From positions 1 to 31,264 of IMG/VR virus record IMGVR_UViG_3300012952_001651: a stretch of DNA of 31,264 nt; one strand, written 5' to 3'. This stretch comes from a virus (taxonomy: Duplodnaviria > Caudoviricetes). A program made the translations under genes and the position numbers. The notes under the pieces were generated by a model. The model was not told where the DNA came from, ran no database searches, and saw nothing but the letters and a program-made list of their open reading frames with translations. Each line of letters opens with the position of its first letter. Positions within the stretch are counted from its first letter, which is position 1. Below are positions 29,301-31,264 of the stretch, piece by piece.

Positions 29301-30907
29301 CTGAGATTGATACTTTAGGTAAAGTTACGAGAGTTGATATTGTAAATCCAGGTGAGTTCTATCAAGAAGCACCTTATATTCTTATATCTGGTGGTGGAGG
29401 TATAGGTGCAAAAGCAGAGGCAACTATATCACAGGGTGTTATTACAGGCATTAATATTACTGATCCAGGCGAAGGATACACCTCAGTTCCAAATATTATA
29501 TTCACAAAACTTGTAAATCTTAAACGTAAGACTAGAGCAAGACAGGCATTTAACTCATCTGCGATATACCTTACAGGTCTTGTCAAAGATGTTACTGCAA
29601 ATGATACAAACATATATGTTGACTCTACCGCAGCATATCCAGGATCGGGTCAAATAATAATCAATAAAGAAACAATAACTTATACTTCTAAAACTACAGG
29701 TAGATTTAGTGGTCTAACTCGTGGTGTAAACTTTAACTATGATCAAAGAGTTATATTAGATGCCAATCAGAATGATGGTACTACTGGTATATCAAACTAT
29801 AAATTTAATGTTGGTGATAGAGTTATACGTCGTGTTGAGAATGCCAATAACAAAGTTGCTAAAGTATATGACTGGGATGCTTCAACTAGAGAACTTTTAG
29901 TTACATTTGAAGTTGATGAACTAGCATTCATCGATGGTGGTAGAGCAGCAACAGAAGATGCTATTGTACAGTTTGATGCAGGTGTTGCTGCTTCTTCTGG
30001 TGCAGGTGTCTTACCACACACTGTTATTGATTCTGTAGGAAATACTATTACAGCATTGACAGATCCTATTACAACATTACAAGATAAAGATTTTGAAGAT
30101 GATGATGAAAACGCAGGAGCTGGAGATGGTATACCTGATCTAATCAATACTAACACTGACTTTGCTAACCAGATTAGTCTTGATGGTGGTATATACAGTT
30201 CACTGTATGGTATTGAGGAAACTCAGGGTGGTACTAATACAACTCTATTCCAAGTTGGTGATAGTATCAAGGATGGTGATATACCATTTAAGTATGCTAC
30301 AGTTACCTCTGCAGGTGGACTTGCAGACGGTGTTGCACATACTGCGGTGCTAAATATCACATTAGACGTATCAGGTGGTACAACAACAAACTATCAAACT
30401 AATGAAGTTGTAACTGGTTCTATTTCTGGAGTACAAGCAACTGTTGTTTCTTGGAATTCTGGTACTGGATTGTTACAAGTGAAGGATATAGTTCCTTATA
30501 ATACTAGTAATGTCAATATTGGTATTGGTGGATTGCTATATGAGTTCTCTCAAAATAGCAGTGTAGTTGACTTTATCATTTCAAATCCTGGAACAAACTA
30601 TACTGGAGTCCCAACAATAGCAATAGAAAATACAGGAGATATACAGGCAACTGGTACTGTCGTAATGACAACTGCAGGAGACCAAGTTGCATCAATAACA
30701 ATCAATAATGGAGGATATGGAATCCCTCAAACTATTGATGGCACCTACAATCTACACCCAACTGTAACATTTACAAATGCGAGTGGTGACACTACAGGTG
30801 CAAACGCTGCTGCACAAGCAGTATTAGGTGGAGAGAACCTTGTAGGTAATGGTGGAGCAACCTATAGGATCAAGAGCATTGAATATCTTACAACAGTTCG
30901 CTCGTAA
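26321..30907 (+). CDS. Large virion structural protein with an interrupted YHYH-like domain, three cupredoxin-like modules and Gly-rich beta repeats, 1528 aa
   Basis: GILANG...VYYYH, then HSKIIGMSLDGYPIYGPYGY, then LDEYNGKFGVTPEYPNGTYAYF, which parallels the gp7 segment HSPIVGWAFDGNPVYGPYGY...LDQYNGRFCKTPEYPDGRYCYF. Confidence 0.75.
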   Translation: MARDVPGSGAVIEPIFDEIFGVRAVKVLNGGSGYNQSDPPRLTVTGCGTPDVEALLYPIIDDGAGQIIHVRVLNRGRGYDPLRLQIIPEQETPNVVNSFDFNRIWQGHPNSPTSGTFALDGTTKTDRLTITSDNHPKPSQIYPTEYQPGGSTTLLDRSFNQTFVFRGGKDVPNPGTRELQPNKVVGILANGGLLHTPDWGTAGGAPTNLPIDIVKYDYVKTTNLYDAILDNQVYYYHTSKTLEEFKLANGVFEWGLQEQFTWTIKTELDNVMLVVDSIDETLGNVEVGRIVDEVAGTGRGTIAKIVRNNLNVITRIYLRQVTGGPFQSADLCLGSNGFKFRVASDPITFPNGLFYIEFGADASEFGNFTPGQYYLAPEDIKVKKNYLIIWDQSDSSNSSHPMQFSTTADGTLNGGSLYYNSTGSTATISTVNVAVTVGVDSVAGQSTGVFYFNGVEKPANFALVRGSTYIFDQSENSNEVYGGANHPLMFSVGSGGDHGGHGHYMNGVTYKLDGSVVTMAAYVSGFNAATSRTVTWTVPTSAPATLYYWCHYHTGQGNSFSVSSPPAHAADYENSLKPIFIMNADETQKIYYYCGNHRYMSGYSGDEGYMILDTTTDTDDDVNLNTYYVEDFFGTANAGTLDYSRHTDGHSKIIGMSLDGYPIYGPYGYNSSGTAALETSSYRLRTTAELQGARPIVNTAGTETYTVTVANGQFAFNGSSPEFLNLKRGRTYIFNQNDASNSGSNHILISAQTDGWHSTNPVIIGDTSRLYSGQGITYQINGSTVTYQQYLSGFNAASSRSLTFTVPVDAPSVLYLFGYIASGYGLRLVNDGYILGDLTSDYIYQAGLGTLDEYNGKFGVTPEYPNGTYAYFMTENAMGSPVFPYAIGPKFYGAPIFEGSTVPAQPTVFPTLATGDVVLNTNGSVSYVKMTVKGDNYFGPAKAKILGGQGTGALGTPTVQTVTGLSLLGQGRSYATPPTLIFEGGGGAGAQGAAEIDTLGKVTRVDIVNPGEFYQEAPYILISGGGGIGAKAEATISQGVITGINITDPGEGYTSVPNIIFTKLVNLKRKTRARQAFNSSAIYLTGLVKDVTANDTNIYVDSTAAYPGSGQIIINKETITYTSKTTGRFSGLTRGVNFNYDQRVILDANQNDGTTGISNYKFNVGDRVIRRVENANNKVAKVYDWDASTRELLVTFEVDELAFIDGGRAATEDAIVQFDAGVAASSGAGVLPHTVIDSVGNTITALTDPITTLQDKDFEDDDENAGAGDGIPDLINTNTDFANQISLDGGIYSSLYGIEETQGGTNTTLFQVGDSIKDGDIPFKYATVTSAGGLADGVAHTAVLNITLDVSGGTTTNYQTNEVVTGSISGVQATVVSWNSGTGLLQVKDIVPYNTSNVNIGIGGLLYEFSQNSSVVDFIISNPGTNYTGVPTIAIENTGDIQATGTVVMTTAGDQVASITINNGGYGIPQTIDGTYNLHPTVTFTNASGDTTGANAAAQAVLGGENLVGNGGATYRIKSIEYLTTVRS

Positions 30908-30911
30908 CTAC

Positions 30912-30919
30912 GATAAATA
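30912..30919 (+). promoter_or_regulatory. T4-like late promoter (GATAAATA)
   Basis: In the 37-nt intergenic gap, 25 nt upstream of the gp8 ATG, followed by AGGAGG at 30923-30928. Confidence 0.75.
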
Positions 30920-30944
30920 AACAGGAGGACAATAGTACCTAACA

Positions 30945-31264
30945 ATGGCAGCATTATTAACGGATCAATTTAGAATATTTTCTGCAAAGAAATTTATTAA
31001 AGCATTAGAAGGTCCTGACTCAACTCAATCTGATACCGCAGCAGGTACAACGAGAGATCGTTTGTATCTGTTTATTGGTAGACCACAACCGTGGGATAAT
31101 GAAAACTCACCGCCTCAAGCGGTGGACTCATTCTCTGAGTTCTCAGGTTCATATGACGACATGGTATCGATGAAGCGTGTACTTGCTTCTGATACTGTGC
31201 AAGTTTGTCGTAGAATTGACTGGGTATCCCCAGAACAAACTACTGGTGGACTTGGTTTCACTTA
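30945..31264 (+). CDS. gp8: Baseplate wedge subunit gp8, 3'-truncated
   Basis: Not in the ORF track because it runs off the window. Translation MAALLTDQFRIFSAKKFI...LYLFIGRPQPW..ENSPP...YDDMVSMKRV...VCRRIDW matches the T4-like gp8 N-terminus. Confidence 0.92.
   Translation, partial: MAALLTDQFRIFSAKKFIKALEGPDSTQSDTAAGTTRDRLYLFIGRPQPWDNENSPPQAVDSFSEFSGSYDDMVSMKRVLASDTVQVCRRIDWVSPEQTTGGLGFT

Noticed and set aside
30095-30140. EDDDENAGAGDGIPD as a calcium-binding repeat
   Set aside because: A single imperfect occurrence. It is suggestive but too weak to call.
897-30353. All minus-strand ORFs and short alternative-frame plus-strand ORFs in the track (for example 2279..2686, 4761..5156, 8670..9119, 20967..21368, 29797..30156)
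   Set aside because: They overlap well-supported + strand genes, have the Pro/Ala/Val/Thr-biased composition expected from antisense shadows of Gly/Thr-rich genes, and show no recognisable motifs.
5149-30907. Diversity-generating retroelement or invertible tail-fibre cassette
   Set aside because: No reverse transcriptase or recombinase gene is present. I saw no near-identical nucleotide repeat pair differing at adenines, and the repeats are diverged at the DNA level. A self dot-plot would be needed to exclude this fully.

Overview
AT-rich, gene-dense window with every credible gene on the + strand. It is the baseplate/tail-appendage module of a T4-like myovirus, most likely a marine cyanophage; that host is inferred from the gene set, the giant gp7 and NATAAATA late promoters, and is not proven. 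Gene order: 5'-truncated structural protein (open from base 1), PAAR/gp5.4-like spike tip with insertions, a 37-aa ORF missing from the ORF track, gp25, gp6, a giant 6625-aa gp7-like protein, a 422-aa protein with a gp9/gp10-type N-terminus, a 1528-aa YHYH-type structural protein, and 3'-truncated gp8. I saw no RNA genes, CRISPR array, RT/DGR or mobile element. Two things stand out. First, the large proteins grow by recursive 'Russian-doll' domain insertion: four copies of one beta-module are nested inside each other within a helical repeat, and two circularly permuted copies occur nearby. Second, a family of cupredoxin-like modules on these putative virion proteins carries intact (His/Cys/His/Met), Gln-substituted or lost type-1 copper ligands. 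All domain calls come from reading motifs by eye, with no database search.
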